DNA of 60,274 nucleotides, the filler included. It is 8 parts of 8 records of this genome, joined end to end, with 100 filler letters (N's around TTAATTAATTAA, not from the genome) between each part and the next. Parts side by side here need not be neighbours in the genome. Positions count along the whole stretch, not along the records: positions 19,155 to 25,407 come from DRR723986_14421; positions 25,508 to 34,802 come from DRR723986_14422; 6 more parts are not named here. One strand, written 5' to 3'. Under the pieces are notes generated by a model. It saw only the letters and a program-made list of their open reading frames with translations. It searched no databases and was not told the origin of the DNA. The position numbers and the translations under genes were made by a program. Below, in pieces: positions 19,768 through 30,194 of this stretch (positions are counted from its first letter, which is position 1; every line of letters begins with the position of its first letter).

Positions 19768-21939
19768 TTAGCCGGTTTCCATTGGGTCTACGTCAATCAC
19801 CCATTTCGTATTGTAAGTTTGATTGAGCTGATCCAGCTGGTGGCAAATGTTCCTTAGCGCATAGTTAAGCCGCTTCCGGGTGTCACTGGTCAGAATCAGT
19901 TGCGCTCGGTGCCGGTCGGCTTTGCGCGCTATTAAAGCGGGTAGTGGCCCCCAGGTTTCAATGCCGTTCACTGCTGTCATCGGTTTGATGATGTTCAGTA
20001 GTTGCAGGCTTGCCTGCATGGTGTCGGCTTCCGCGCGGAGTATGGCCATGGCGCGGAATGGTGGCAGGGCGCCGATTTGGCGTTCAGTCAGAAGTTGGTC
20101 TGCCAGAGCGGCATAATTGCTCTGGCAGAGCGATTTCAATAACGGGTGGTCGCTGTGGCAGGTCTGGATAAGCACTTTGCCGGGTTTTTCGCCCCGGCCA
20201 GCGCGGCCGCTCACTTGCAAAAGTGTCTGCACCATCTGTTCCGGCGCCCGAAAATCGACACTGAACAGGCCACCATCGGCGTTGACGACGGCAACCAGGG
20301 TCACGTTGGGAAAGTCATGGCCCTTGGCGAGCATCTGGGTGCCCACCAGTATGCAGGGCGCACCGCTGTTAACCTGAGCCAGAATGTTCTGGATGCTCCC
20401 TTTGCGCTGGGTGCTGTCCCTGTCTACCCGCACAATGGGGGTATCCGGAAACTGTTCGGCCAGGGTTTCTTCGGTGCGCTCTGTGCCCTGGCCTACGGGT
20501 TTGAAATTTTCACTCCGGCATTTGGGGCAGCTGTGGCTTGCAGCCATCTGGAAGTCGCAGTGATGGCAACGCATGGCTCTGTCCCGGCGATGGTATGTCA
20601 GTCGGGTATCGCAGCGCGGGCATTCCTCCATGTGGCCACAATCGAAGCACATCATGATGGGGGCGAATCCCCGCCGGTTCACAAATACCAGTGCCTGCTC
20701 ACCTCGTACCAGTGTTTCCTTTATAGCGTTCAGGGTGGGGCGCGAAAGGCCGGCCTCCAGAGGGCGGCTGCGGATGTCGAGCAATTCCACTTCCGGAGGT
20801 GAGGCATTGCCAGCCCGTTGTTCCAGCCGGATAAGGTGGTATTTGCCTTGCCTGGCGTTGTGCCATGATTCCAGCGAAGGCGTTGCTGAGCCCAGGATGA
20901 CGGGGCACTGATTCAGGTGAGCCCGATAGACAGCAACGTCCCGCCCCGAGTAGCGAAACCCTTCGCCCTGCTTGTAGGAGTTGTCATGTTCTTCGTCCAC
21001 AACAATGGCGCGAAGATTCGTAAACGGCAGCAGGACGGCGGAGCGGGTACCAATCAGAATAACCGGTTCCCCATGTCGGATTCTCAGCCAGGTAGCCAGG
21101 CGTTCGCTGTCGTTCAGGGCCGAGTGCCAGGCCACAATCCGGTGGCCGAAGTAACGCCGGAAGCGTTCGAGAGTCTGGGGCGTGAGGTTGATTTCGGGAA
21201 CCAGTACCAGAGCCTGTTGGTCGTCCTGAAGTTTTTGTGTCAGGTAATGAAGATAGAGCTCGGTCTTGCCGCTCCCGGTGATGCCATAAAGAAGTGTGGC
21301 ACTGAAGCGATCTGTAACCTGTGGTAATTCTTTGGCCGCTGCCAGTTGCGCGGGTGAGAGTCTGGGGCCGTCTACTGTGGCGATGCTTTCGCTGGAAGTC
21401 GGATGCTGTGGATCGCTCAGTTCGATAAGGCCTTTATCGTGAAGGCTTTTGATCTGAGGGCGGTTGAAGCCGGCTTTAACCAGTTCGCCAGTCGATATGC
21501 CGGGGGCGCGCTGGATGGCTTCCAGCAAGGCTTTCTGTCGATGGGCGTTGGCCGGCAGTGGGGCGATGTTTTGGGTGCCTTGCCAGTGTTCATCCTGTTT
21601 CTGCTGTGACGGCCGGCCTCGGCGTAATGCGGGAGGCAGGGCGGTGAACAGGCACTCACCCAAGGGGTGCTGATAGTAGTCGCTGGCCCAGCTAAGGAGT
21701 TGGAAGGTGGCTGTGGGTAAGGCGAGCCACGGCTCCAGCACTTCCAGGATGGGCTTGAGGGTAATGCCGTCTGGTGGTGTCACGCCGGTTTCCACCACAA
21801 GGCCGGTCAGGGTTTGCCTGCCAAAGGGTACTTTCACGCGTTGCCCGGGTGAGACTGTCATGGTCTCCGGGATTCGGTAATCGAAGAGTCGCCGGAGCGG
21901 GCGATTCAGGGCGATGCGAGCGGTTGAGGGCCGTGTCAC
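19768..21939 (-). CDS. priA: Primosomal protein N' helicase
   Basis: LFDY, GITGSGKTE, LVPEINLTPQ, DEEHD, SATPSLES, four CxxC zinc motifs, GTQMLAKG, QVSGRAGR, IDVDP; start uncertain (GTG 21939 preferred). Confidence 0.96.
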   Translation of the reverse strand: MTRPSTARIALNRPLRRLFDYRIPETMTVSPGQRVKVPFGRQTLTGLVVETGVTPPDGITLKPILEVLEPWLALPTATFQLLSWASDYYQHPLGECLFTALPPALRRGRPSQQKQDEHWQGTQNIAPLPANAHRQKALLEAIQRAPGISTGELVKAGFNRPQIKSLHDKGLIELSDPQHPTSSESIATVDGPRLSPAQLAAAKELPQVTDRFSATLLYGITGSGKTELYLHYLTQKLQDDQQALVLVPEINLTPQTLERFRRYFGHRIVAWHSALNDSERLATWLRIRHGEPVILIGTRSAVLLPFTNLRAIVVDEEHDNSYKQGEGFRYSGRDVAVYRAHLNQCPVILGSATPSLESWHNARQGKYHLIRLEQRAGNASPPEVELLDIRSRPLEAGLSRPTLNAIKETLVRGEQALVFVNRRGFAPIMMCFDCGHMEECPRCDTRLTYHRRDRAMRCHHCDFQMAASHSCPKCRSENFKPVGQGTERTEETLAEQFPDTPIVRVDRDSTQRKGSIQNILAQVNSGAPCILVGTQMLAKGHDFPNVTLVAVVNADGGLFSVDFRAPEQMVQTLLQVSGRAGRGEKPGKVLIQTCHSDHPLLKSLCQSNYAALADQLLTERQIGALPPFRAMAILRAEADTMQASLQLLNIIKPMTAVNGIETWGPLPALIARKADRHRAQLILTSDTRKRLNYALRNICHQLDQLNQTYNTKWVIDVDPMETG

Positions 21940-22174
21940 GGTAACTGCGTATCCTGAAAGCGGGCAAAAGTAGGCTGGTTGCATGGTATCCGGACTGTTC
22001 CGGATGGCCAAGATACTTGCCTGTGGTCGGGTTTGTCAGTAAGATTCGCGGTCTGTTTCTGGCCGGGCTTGATTGTGCACGGTCTTTTCAATTGATTCAA
22101 ACATGCGGTGCCTGGCACCTGGGCAGCAAAGATGCCCCGTGATCAGGTAGCGGCATGACCTAACGAGGTTCGCC

Positions 22175-22396
22175 ATGAAAGAAGGTATTCACCCGAAGTA
22201 CGAAGACATCACCGCTACCTGTTCCTGCGGTAATGTGATCAAGACCCGTTCTACCATCGGTCACGATCTGCAGCTGGACGTATGTTCCCAGTGCCACCCG
22301 TTCTACACCGGCAAGCAGAAGGTTATGGACACCGGTGGTCGTATCGATCGCTTCCAGAAGCGTTTCGGCAGCCGTATCGGTGGCAAGAAAGACTGA
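22175..22396 (+). CDS. rpmE: 50S ribosomal protein L31 (zinc-binding type A)
   Basis: MKEGIHPKY...CSCG...[13 protein letters not shown]...GRIDRF. Confidence 0.98.
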   Translation: MKEGIHPKYEDITATCSCGNVIKTRSTIGHDLQLDVCSQCHPFYTGKQKVMDTGGRIDRFQKRFGSRIGGKKD

Positions 22397-22413
22397 TCCG
22401 CGCCGGGATGTTG

Positions 22414-22439
22414 AAAAAGCGCCTTTGGGCGCTTTTTTT
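22414..22439 (+). terminator. Intrinsic terminator after rpmE
   Basis: AAAAAGCGCC-TTTG-GGCGCTTTTTTT. Confidence 0.85.
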
Positions 22440-22609
22440 GTGCGCCAATGAAAAATAAAGTTTGCTATATACGCAAAATGCACTATTGACTGTTCATAAA
22501 ATATTCGATTTCGGCTTGTCGTTTTGGGTCGGGCGCGCCATAATGGCGCGCTCCGTTGGGCGAGCTCCAGCGGGATTTACCTTTAAACGTGACAAACGGA
22601 ACAGTGGCA

Positions 22610-23875
22610 ATGTCTCAAGATCTGAAAGAAGCAGCCCTTGAATATCACGCCAAACCGCGGCCGGGTAAGCTGAGTGTTGAAATCACGAAGCCGACTCAGA
22701 CTTCCCGCGACCTCTCCCTGGCGTACAGCCCCGGGGTTGCCGAACCGGTCCGCGAGATCGCGAAGGACCCCGAGAACGCTTACAAATACACAGCCAAGGG
22801 TAACCTGGTTGCCGTGATTTCTGACGGTACCGCTATCCTGGGTCTGGGTAATCTCGGCCCTCTGGCGAGCAAGCCGGTTATGGAAGGCAAGGGCGTACTG
22901 TTCAAGCGCTTTGCCGGAATTGACGTCTTCGACATCGAGGTTAATTCCGAAAGCCCGCAAGCGTTTATTGAAACTGTTGAGCGCATCGCCGATACCTTTG
23001 GTGGTATCAACCTCGAGGACATCAAAGCACCGGAGTGCTTCGAGATTGAGCGTGCGCTGATTGAAAAGTGTAGCGTGCCCATCTTCCACGATGACCAGCA
23101 CGGTACCGCTATTGTAACTGCGGCAGGCATGATCAATGCTCTTGAGTTGCAGGGCAAGAAAATTGAAGAGGCAAAGGTGGTATGTCTGGGCGCCGGTGCG
23201 GCCGCCATTGCCTGCATGAAGTTGCTGATCAGCTGCGGTATGCGCTCTGAGAACATCTTCATGCTCGACCGCAAGGGTGTGATCCACTCTGGTCGTGATG
23301 ATCTGAACCAGTACAAGGCGATGTTCGCCAACGATACCGACAGGCGTACTCTGGACGACGCCATCGACGGTGCCGACGTGTTCCTGGGTCTGTCCGGCCC
23401 GGACCTTCTGACTGCCGAGCAATTGGCGAAAATGGCGCCGAACCCGGTGGTGTTTGCCTGTTCCAACCCGGATCCGGAAATCAGCCCGGAAGTGGCTCTG
23501 GCTACCCGTGATGATCTGATCATGGCGACAGGTCGCTCTGACTATCCGAACCAGGTGAACAACGTGCTTGGCTTCCCGTTCATTTTCCGTGGTGCACTGG
23601 ATGTACGTGCAACCGCTATCAACGAGGAAATGAAAGTTGCCGCGGTTAACGCAATCCGTGAGCTGGCCAAAGAGCCGGTGCCGCAGGAAATCTGTGAAGC
23701 CTACGGTGTTGATTCGTTCGAATTCGGTAAGGAATACATCATTCCAAAGCCGATGGATGTTCGTCTGCTGGAAGTGGTGCCGGCCGCCGTGGCCCGTGCT
23801 GCGGTAGATTCCGGTGTTGCGCGCAATCCGTACCCTGCGCATTACCCGCTGAAGTCTATGGACGACATCATCTGA
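22610..23875 (+). CDS. maeB: NAD(P)-dependent malic enzyme (short form, no PTA domain)
   Basis: LSLAYSPGVAEP, VISDGTAILGLG, PVMEGK, INLEDI, FHDDQHGTA, GAGAA, ATGRSDYPNQVNN; start ATG 22610. Confidence 0.93.
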   Translation: MSQDLKEAALEYHAKPRPGKLSVEITKPTQTSRDLSLAYSPGVAEPVREIAKDPENAYKYTAKGNLVAVISDGTAILGLGNLGPLASKPVMEGKGVLFKRFAGIDVFDIEVNSESPQAFIETVERIADTFGGINLEDIKAPECFEIERALIEKCSVPIFHDDQHGTAIVTAAGMINALELQGKKIEEAKVVCLGAGAAAIACMKLLISCGMRSENIFMLDRKGVIHSGRDDLNQYKAMFANDTDRRTLDDAIDGADVFLGLSGPDLLTAEQLAKMAPNPVVFACSNPDPEISPEVALATRDDLIMATGRSDYPNQVNNVLGFPFIFRGALDVRATAINEEMKVAAVNAIRELAKEPVPQEICEAYGVDSFEFGKEYIIPKPMDVRLLEVVPAAVARAAVDSGVARNPYPAHYPLKSMDDII

Positions 23876-23895
23876 TCGGGATGTAGTCTGGCTTC

Positions 23896-23929
23896 AAAAA
23901 AAACCGGCGGAGATCCCGCCGGTTTTTTT
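23896..23929. terminator. Bidirectional intrinsic terminator between maeB and mrcA
   Basis: AAAAAAAACCGGCGG-AGATC-CCGCCGGTTTTTTT. Confidence 0.88.
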
Positions 23930-23960
23930 GTGCGTCCTGCTTGGGTGGTGCTGCGACAGA

Positions 23961-25407
23961 TCAGAAGATCTGCCGTGACAGGTCGTCCCCGTTACCGTTG
24001 TCGCCGTTCCCTCCGATACTCTCGGCTGGTAGAGGCGAGGGTGCGTCTTCTTCCTTGAATATCTCGAACACGGCTTCTTCGCCGGGCCGGGCTCTTTCTC
24101 CGGTTTCCGGATTGATGCGGATATTCACGATGCCGTTGGGTCTGGGCATGGTGGCTGCTGGCTGGTCTGCCAGTGCTACTTTCATATAGTCGACCCATAT
24201 CGGCAGTGCGGTACTGGCGCCATACTCGCCCCGACCCAGAGGGGAGGGTTGGTCAAATCCGACCCAGACGGTAGTTGCGATATCGTGGTTGAAGCCTGCG
24301 AACCAGGTGTCTTTCTGCTCGTTGGTGGTGCCCGTCTTGCCGGCAATGTCGCTGCGATTCAGGGCCAGGGCGCGACGTCCCGTTCCCCGGCGAACCACGT
24401 CCTGCATCATGGAGTGCATGATGTAGATTGATCGTTCGTCGGCCAGGCGTTGCATAATCCGTGGTTTGGTTGTGTTCTCCTCGGCTGCGGAGGCTGGCAG
24501 TGTCATGCCTTCAATTTCGGGTGGTTGCTCCGAAGTGCTTTGTTCGGCATCGGCGACCTGCGTCTGGGGGGCGTCGCAGTTCTCGTCACATAATATGGTC
24601 TTCGGGGCTTCATAGACCACGGTGCCGTCCCATTCCTCGATTCGTTCAATCAGGTAGGGCTGTACGTCGTAACCGCCGTTGGCTATCACCGCAAAGCCTC
24701 GTGCCAGCTCCATGGGTGTCAGCAGGCCGCTGCCCAGAGAGAGCGAGAGGTTGGAGGGCATGTTTTCAGTCGGGAGTTTGAGTTGCTTCAGGTAGCTGAG
24801 GGTGGTGTTGATGCTCAGGTCTCTCAGCAGGCGGATGGAAACCAGGTTGCGGGAGCGGTAAAGGCCCTCGCGCAAGGTGGTTGGTCCGTAGAACTGGCCC
24901 GATGAGTTCTGTGGCCGCCATGCGGTTTCAAGTTCGGAGTCTTCGAATACGATCGGGGCGTCGTTGTAGATGGTCGCCGGTGTTCGGCCGTTTTCCAGCG
25001 CGGAAAGGTACAGGAACGGCTTGAACGTTGAGCCTGGTTGGCGGCTGGCCTGGGTGGCGCGATTGTACTTGCTCTGGTTAAAGCTGTAGCCGCCCGCCAA
25101 AGCTTCAATGGCGCCGGTTTTGGCTTTCAGGGAGATGAGTGCGCCCTCGATTCGGGGTGCTTGCGCCAGGGAAACTCGCAGTTCGGTGACGGCCTGCGCG
25201 GATGCGCTCTCGCTGCCAGATTCTGCCTCAGAGTCTTTAATCTGTGGCAGTTGGTCAACTTTTACATAGATGACGTCCCCGGGGTTGACCACATCCGAAG
25301 GTTTTTCTGGTTCGGGGCCGGTGATGCTCTCGGTTCGGAATCGGCGTGCCCAGGTCATGGTTTCAAAGGGCATGACGCCGGGGCCCAGTCGCCGGGCGTG
25401 TACTATT
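23961..25407 (-). CDS. mrcA: Penicillin-binding protein 1A, transpeptidase half (5' truncated)
   Basis: RQPGSTFKPF (SxxK), SRN (SxN), GKTGTTN (KTG), VWVGFD. Confidence 0.92.
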
Positions 25408-25507
25408 NNNNNNNNNNNNNNNNNNNNNNNNNNNNNNNNNNNNNNNNNNNNTTAATTAATTAANNNNNNNNNNNNNNNNNNNNNNNNNNNNNNNNNNNNN
25501 NNNNNNN

Positions 25508-26336
25508 CCCCTCCACCGGCATAGAGCGGACGGTCGAACAGGCCTTCCAGGGCCTGCCCAAAGCCATCTGCCAAAACCAGTGACAGCGCCCGCCCCAACC
25601 AAACCCCGGGCAGTATGCACACCAACGCCAGCAGCAGGTTTTCCACCAGCAACAGTCGGCTGAGCTGGCTCCTGTTCACGCCATAGCGATACAGCAAAGC
25701 CAGGCTTTCCCGACGTTGAGCCAGGCCCAGCAGGAACACACTGCGCAACAACAACGAGGTAATCAGCAGGACCAGCACTCCGAGCGCATCCAGGTTGAGC
25801 AGAAAACTGTCACCCAGCTCTGCCGTGTCAGGCGCAACGGCGAATGCCTGATAGCGGTAGCCCGCCGGTGGTGGCGACTGACCGTCGGCTTGCGACACCA
25901 GCAGAACCAGGGCCGATGCCTCGGCTGAGGCCTGAACAGCGGCTTCGCTGATATCGACGAAAGGCTTGCCATCGAGTTCGCCCTGCCAGGGTGTTGGCGT
26001 GTGTCCCGGCTCGGCAAAGCAATGGGCCGCCAGCGGATCAATGCCCACCAGCCGACCGCGCCCCGGTACCGGCACTTCCTGCCATGGCATCACGCACAGG
26101 CCCTGGCGTCGAAGGGTGACAAAGTCCTGCACCGAGACCGGCTGGCCGTCCTCACGCACCACTTGCTGGCGCTCGGCGACAGCGCTCTCGCTCTGTTCAA
26201 GGCTGGCCCTGGCCTGGCTGGTGAGGTGATGTATTCCAGTCCAGAGCGCGGTGGCAAGCAGGATCATGGCGGCCAGCGCGGCCAGCTGCAGGGGGTGACG
26301 ACGATAATGACTGAACAATGCGATGCGGGGAGACAT
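25508..26336 (-). CDS. ABC transporter permease (FtsX/YbbP-like), 3' truncated
   Basis: Multiple TM segments; QRRESLALLYRYGV FtsX-type motif; directly downstream of an ABC ATPase. Confidence 0.75.
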
Positions 26337-26342
26337 AGGTCT

Positions 26343-27026
26343 TCAGGGCCCGCCCTGGTGCCCGAGGTCCAACTGATGAAGGCAACGGGCTGCCAGGTCC
26401 GCATCGTGGGTAGCCAGCACCAGCCCACAACCATGGCGGGCCTGGAGTTCGAACAACTCATCGGCGACAGTCTCAGCCGTCCTCCGGTCCAGGCTACCGG
26501 TCGGCTCATCCGCCAGAATCAGTGCCGGCCGGGTAACAAATACCATGGCCAGCGCAGCCCGCTGGCGTTGGCCACCGGAAACCTGATCCGGATAACGCTG
26601 GCCCAGCTCACCAATGCCCAACCTCTGGAGCCAGTCGCCAGCGCTGGTGTCGTCCCGGCCAGCCAGGCGCGCTCGCAACCGGATATTATCCAGCAGGGAC
26701 AGGGTCGGCATCAGGTTGGCATCCTGAAAGACCACGCCGAGTCGGCTCTGCCTCAATTCGCACCAGGTTCGCTCCAGGGCCTTGCCCGTTGGCGCGCCAT
26801 CCCCGGCCAAAGGCTGTCCCAACATCGCCAGCCGACCGGAACCGGGAGACTCCAGACCACAAAGAACATTCAGCAGCGTGCTTTTCCCGGAACCGGACGG
26901 GCCGGTGAGCGCCAGCGACTCGCCTCGCCCCAGATGCACACTCAGTTCCCGCAACACGGTCACATGCTGGTCGCCGCTCTCGAACTGTTTACTCAGACCG
27001 GTGACACTGATCAGGTTATCGGCCAT
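26343..27026 (-). CDS. ABC transporter ATP-binding protein (LolD/YbbA-like)
   Basis: GPSGSGKST, VSGGQRQR, ILADEPTGSLD, ATHD. Confidence 0.93.
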   Translation of the reverse strand: MADNLISVTGLSKQFESGDQHVTVLRELSVHLGRGESLALTGPSGSGKSTLLNVLCGLESPGSGRLAMLGQPLAGDGAPTGKALERTWCELRQSRLGVVFQDANLMPTLSLLDNIRLRARLAGRDDTSAGDWLQRLGIGELGQRYPDQVSGGQRQRAALAMVFVTRPALILADEPTGSLDRRTAETVADELFELQARHGCGLVLATHDADLAARCLHQLDLGHQGGP

Positions 27027-27041
27027 GTTTTCTCCCGGTAT

Positions 27042-30000
27042 TCAGTCGGCAGCCCCCAGAGGTTCTGCCGCACCGTTCCTGCGTTGGGCACGCCATTCCC
27101 GGAATTGCTCGACCCAGGACAACAGCGCTGGAATCACCAGCAGCACCAGGAAGGTGGACAGTCCCAAGCCAAAGGCAATCGACGTTGCCATGGGAATCAG
27201 GAACTGGGCCTGCAACGACGTTTCGAACAGCAGCGGTGTCAGCCCCCCGATGGTCGTCAAGGACGTCAGCAGAACCGCGCGAACCCGCTGCACGGCGGCC
27301 TCATTCAGGGCATCCGTGATGTCCAGCCCCTTCTGCCGTTGCTGATTGTAGAAAGCCACCAGAATAATGGCGTTATTCACCACGATACCGGACAGGCCGA
27401 ACAACCCAAACAGCGACAGTATGGTGAGCTGCAGCCCCATGATCCAGTGGCCCAGGAGGGCACCGACCAGGGCAAAGGGAATAATCGCCATGACGATCAG
27501 GGGCAGACTCCAGGATGCAAACACCCAGGCCAGCACCACATACATCAGGGCCAGGCCGATAAGCAGCCCCGTTTGCATGTCCGCCATGGTTTCGCGTTGA
27601 TCGGCCGAGCGGCCCTCAAAGCTGTAGCGCACACCGTGGCGACTGGCGATCTCCGGCAAAGGCCCGGACTGCAGGCTTTCAAGAATCTGGTCGGTGGTGG
27701 CAACCCGGGTATTCAGCGCCGAGGTGACCTCCACCGCAAGCTTGCCATCGGCATGGCGCAGGGCCTGGAATCCCTGGCGGTGATCCAGGTTCATCACCTG
27801 GGTCAGCGGTACAAAACGGCCATCGGGGATGCGGATAGTCATGCGCTCCAGGGTGGAATATTGCTCCCGTTGCGCCCTCGGCAACTGCACCCGGACTTCC
27901 ACCTCATCGCGACCATCCTGGTAGATCTGGGCGATCCGGCCATCAAATGCCGCCCGCAACTGTCGGCCCAGATCCACAGTGGTCAGCCCCAGGGCCTCAC
28001 CATAAGGGCTGACCTGATAGAGCAACTGTTCTCGGCCCCAGGGCATATCGTCTTCCACATCCAGCACGCCCGGCAGGGTATCCAGAGCCTGGGCCACTTC
28101 ATCCGCTGCCCGCTTCAGGGCCTCTGCGTCATCACCGGTCAGTCGCACATTGACATCTCGCCCGGGCGGGCCGGCCTGACGCTCGTTGATGTTCAGGGCA
28201 TCGAGTCCGGCCGGCAGCGTCATACGGCTGCGCCATTCCCGAATGAACTCGGCATTGCGCACAGAACGGCTGTCCGAAGGCACCAGCTCCACCAGCATGG
28301 AGCCAAGCTCGTCATCGTTCCGGGAACTGCCCTCAGCCCCTTGAGTAGCGCCGTAGGTGGTCACGGCATGGAGTACGAGATCGCCACCCAGGGCCTCCTC
28401 CGTTTCAGTGAGTGAGCGCTGCATTTCCCGGATGAAGCGCGCCACCGTGTCCTTATCCGTGCCCGCCACAAAGCTGGCATTGGCGTAGAACACCGATGGT
28501 TCCGGCGTCGGGAAGAAATTGAACCCAAGCCGTCCACCGGCCAGCAGGCCGACGGTGACAATAGCCAACGCCAGTGCCGAGGCTACGGTCATGCCCCGGT
28601 GCTTCAGGCTGTAGCGAGAGAACCGGCGGAAAGGGCCGTCGCGGAAGGTATCGAACCGTTGCTCAAATTCCCGGCGCAAACGGGCCACGGCGTGAGGGCG
28701 TCGCTCTGGCTGATTCTCGGAAACCTTGCGGACAAAGGCATGGCGAAGATGGGCTGGCAAGACCACAAAACACTCCAACAGAGAGGCAATCAACACGCAG
28801 ATCATCACCACCGGAATATCGCCCAGGATATTGCCTATTACACCTCCCACCACCAGCAGTGGCATGAACGCCGCCACCGTGGTCAGGGACGAAGCCAGTA
28901 CTGGCCAGACCATACGCTTGGCAGCGCCTTCGGCGGCATAGATGGACTGCTCTCCCATACGGGCATGGGCGTCCGCGTCCTCCCCCACCACGATGGCATC
29001 GTCAACGATCACCCCCAGGGCCATGATCAGGGCAAACAGTGAAATCATGTTGATGGAGCCGCCGATCAGCCATAGCACCCCCAGGGCGGCGAGAAAGGCG
29101 GTGGGAATACCCACCGCCACCCAGGCGGCGACCCGCCCGGGAAGAAACAGGTAGAGCAGCCCCACCACCAGCACCAGACCACCCAGGCCGTTATTCACCA
29201 GCAGGGAAATCCGGTCTTCAATCAACTGCCAGGTTTCGTCGTAAACCTTGATATTTACGGTGGCCGGCAAGGTCGGGCGGGTATCCGTCAACCAGGACTC
29301 AAACACCCGCGCGGCGGTCAGGGAGTTGCCGTTTTCCGCCCGCTGAAGCTGCAGCTCTACGGCGGGCATGCCGTTGTTTTCCATGACCGTCTGGTTGTCC
29401 CGGGCTTCCTGGCGGATGATGGCTATGTCACCCAGTTGCATGCGGATGCGATCACCGCTGAGCACCGGAATGGTCTCGAAGGCCTGGGGGCTGCGTCGCT
29501 GCTCCACCGCCCTCAGCTCTCGGGTGGCATCCTGCTGAGCCATCATCCCCGCCGGCAGGTCACGGGACAGCGACGCCACCCGATCGGCAATCTGTTCCAG
29601 CGAAAGGCCCAGGGATTCCAGCCGCTCCACCGGCACATCAATACTGATCTGCTGCTCCGGCAGGCCCCGGAGCGTGACCCGGTCGATGCCCCGGTCCAGC
29701 AATTCATCTTCAAACCGGTACACCAGCTGGCGCAACTCGGCCCGGTCGACATCACCGTAAACCAGCAGCCGGGCCACCGGTTCGTACCGTTCAACCCTGG
29801 CCACCTGCGGTTCTTCGGCATCCGCCGGCAAGTTATTGAACTCGTCGACCTGCTGGCGCACGTCATCCACCGCCTGTATCGGGTCGGTGCCTTCATGGAA
29901 TTCCAGGGTAATGGACGACACCCCCTGCGCCGACGTGGAGGTCATCTTCTTGAGGCCGTCGACGCTGCGCAGACGCTGCTCAAGCGGGTCGGTAATACCG

Positions 30001-30194
30001 CGCTCCACATCCTCGGCCGACGCCCCACTCCACACCACCCGCACGCTGACCACATCCAGGGCGAAAGTAGGGAAGAACTGGATATTCATGCGGGTCAGGG
30101 CCATTACGCCACCGAGCAACATCACCAGCATCACCAGATTGCCGGCCAACCGGTGATGGACAAAAAAACCGATCACACCCTTTTTGCGACTCAT
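27042..30194 (-). CDS. RND efflux permease, AcrB/AcrD/AcrF family
   Basis: 1050 aa with duplicated TM blocks; GVIVDDAIVVGE, GIVVNNAIIL, RVRAVLLTSLTT. Confidence 0.93.
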   Translation of the reverse strand: MSRKKGVIGFFVHHRLAGNLVMLVMLLGGVMALTRMNIQFFPTFALDVVSVRVVWSGASAEDVERGITDPLEQRLRSVDGLKKMTSTSAQGVSSITLEFHEGTDPIQAVDDVRQQVDEFNNLPADAEEPQVARVERYEPVARLLVYGDVDRAELRQLVYRFEDELLDRGIDRVTLRGLPEQQISIDVPVERLESLGLSLEQIADRVASLSRDLPAGMMAQQDATRELRAVEQRRSPQAFETIPVLSGDRIRMQLGDIAIIRQEARDNQTVMENNGMPAVELQLQRAENGNSLTAARVFESWLTDTRPTLPATVNIKVYDETWQLIEDRISLLVNNGLGGLVLVVGLLYLFLPGRVAAWVAVGIPTAFLAALGVLWLIGGSINMISLFALIMALGVIVDDAIVVGEDADAHARMGEQSIYAAEGAAKRMVWPVLASSLTTVAAFMPLLVVGGVIGNILGDIPVVMICVLIASLLECFVVLPAHLRHAFVRKVSENQPERRPHAVARLRREFEQRFDTFRDGPFRRFSRYSLKHRGMTVASALALAIVTVGLLAGGRLGFNFFPTPEPSVFYANASFVAGTDKDTVARFIREMQRSLTETEEALGGDLVLHAVTTYGATQGAEGSSRNDDELGSMLVELVPSDSRSVRNAEFIREWRSRMTLPAGLDALNINERQAGPPGRDVNVRLTGDDAEALKRAADEVAQALDTLPGVLDVEDDMPWGREQLLYQVSPYGEALGLTTVDLGRQLRAAFDGRIAQIYQDGRDEVEVRVQLPRAQREQYSTLERMTIRIPDGRFVPLTQVMNLDHRQGFQALRHADGKLAVEVTSALNTRVATTDQILESLQSGPLPEIASRHGVRYSFEGRSADQRETMADMQTGLLIGLALMYVVLAWVFASWSLPLIVMAIIPFALVGALLGHWIMGLQLTILSLFGLFGLSGIVVNNAIILVAFYNQQRQKGLDITDALNEAAVQRVRAVLLTSLTTIGGLTPLLFETSLQAQFLIPMATSIAFGLGLSTFLVLLVIPALLSWVEQFREWRAQRRNGAAEPLGAAD

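Noticed and set aside
22583-23842. 419-aa minus-strand ORF
   Set aside because: Antisense shadow of the malic enzyme gene caused by codon bias
26001-28415. 804-aa + strand ORF
   Set aside because: Antisense shadow of the ABC and RND genes in GC-rich DNA; no domain motifs
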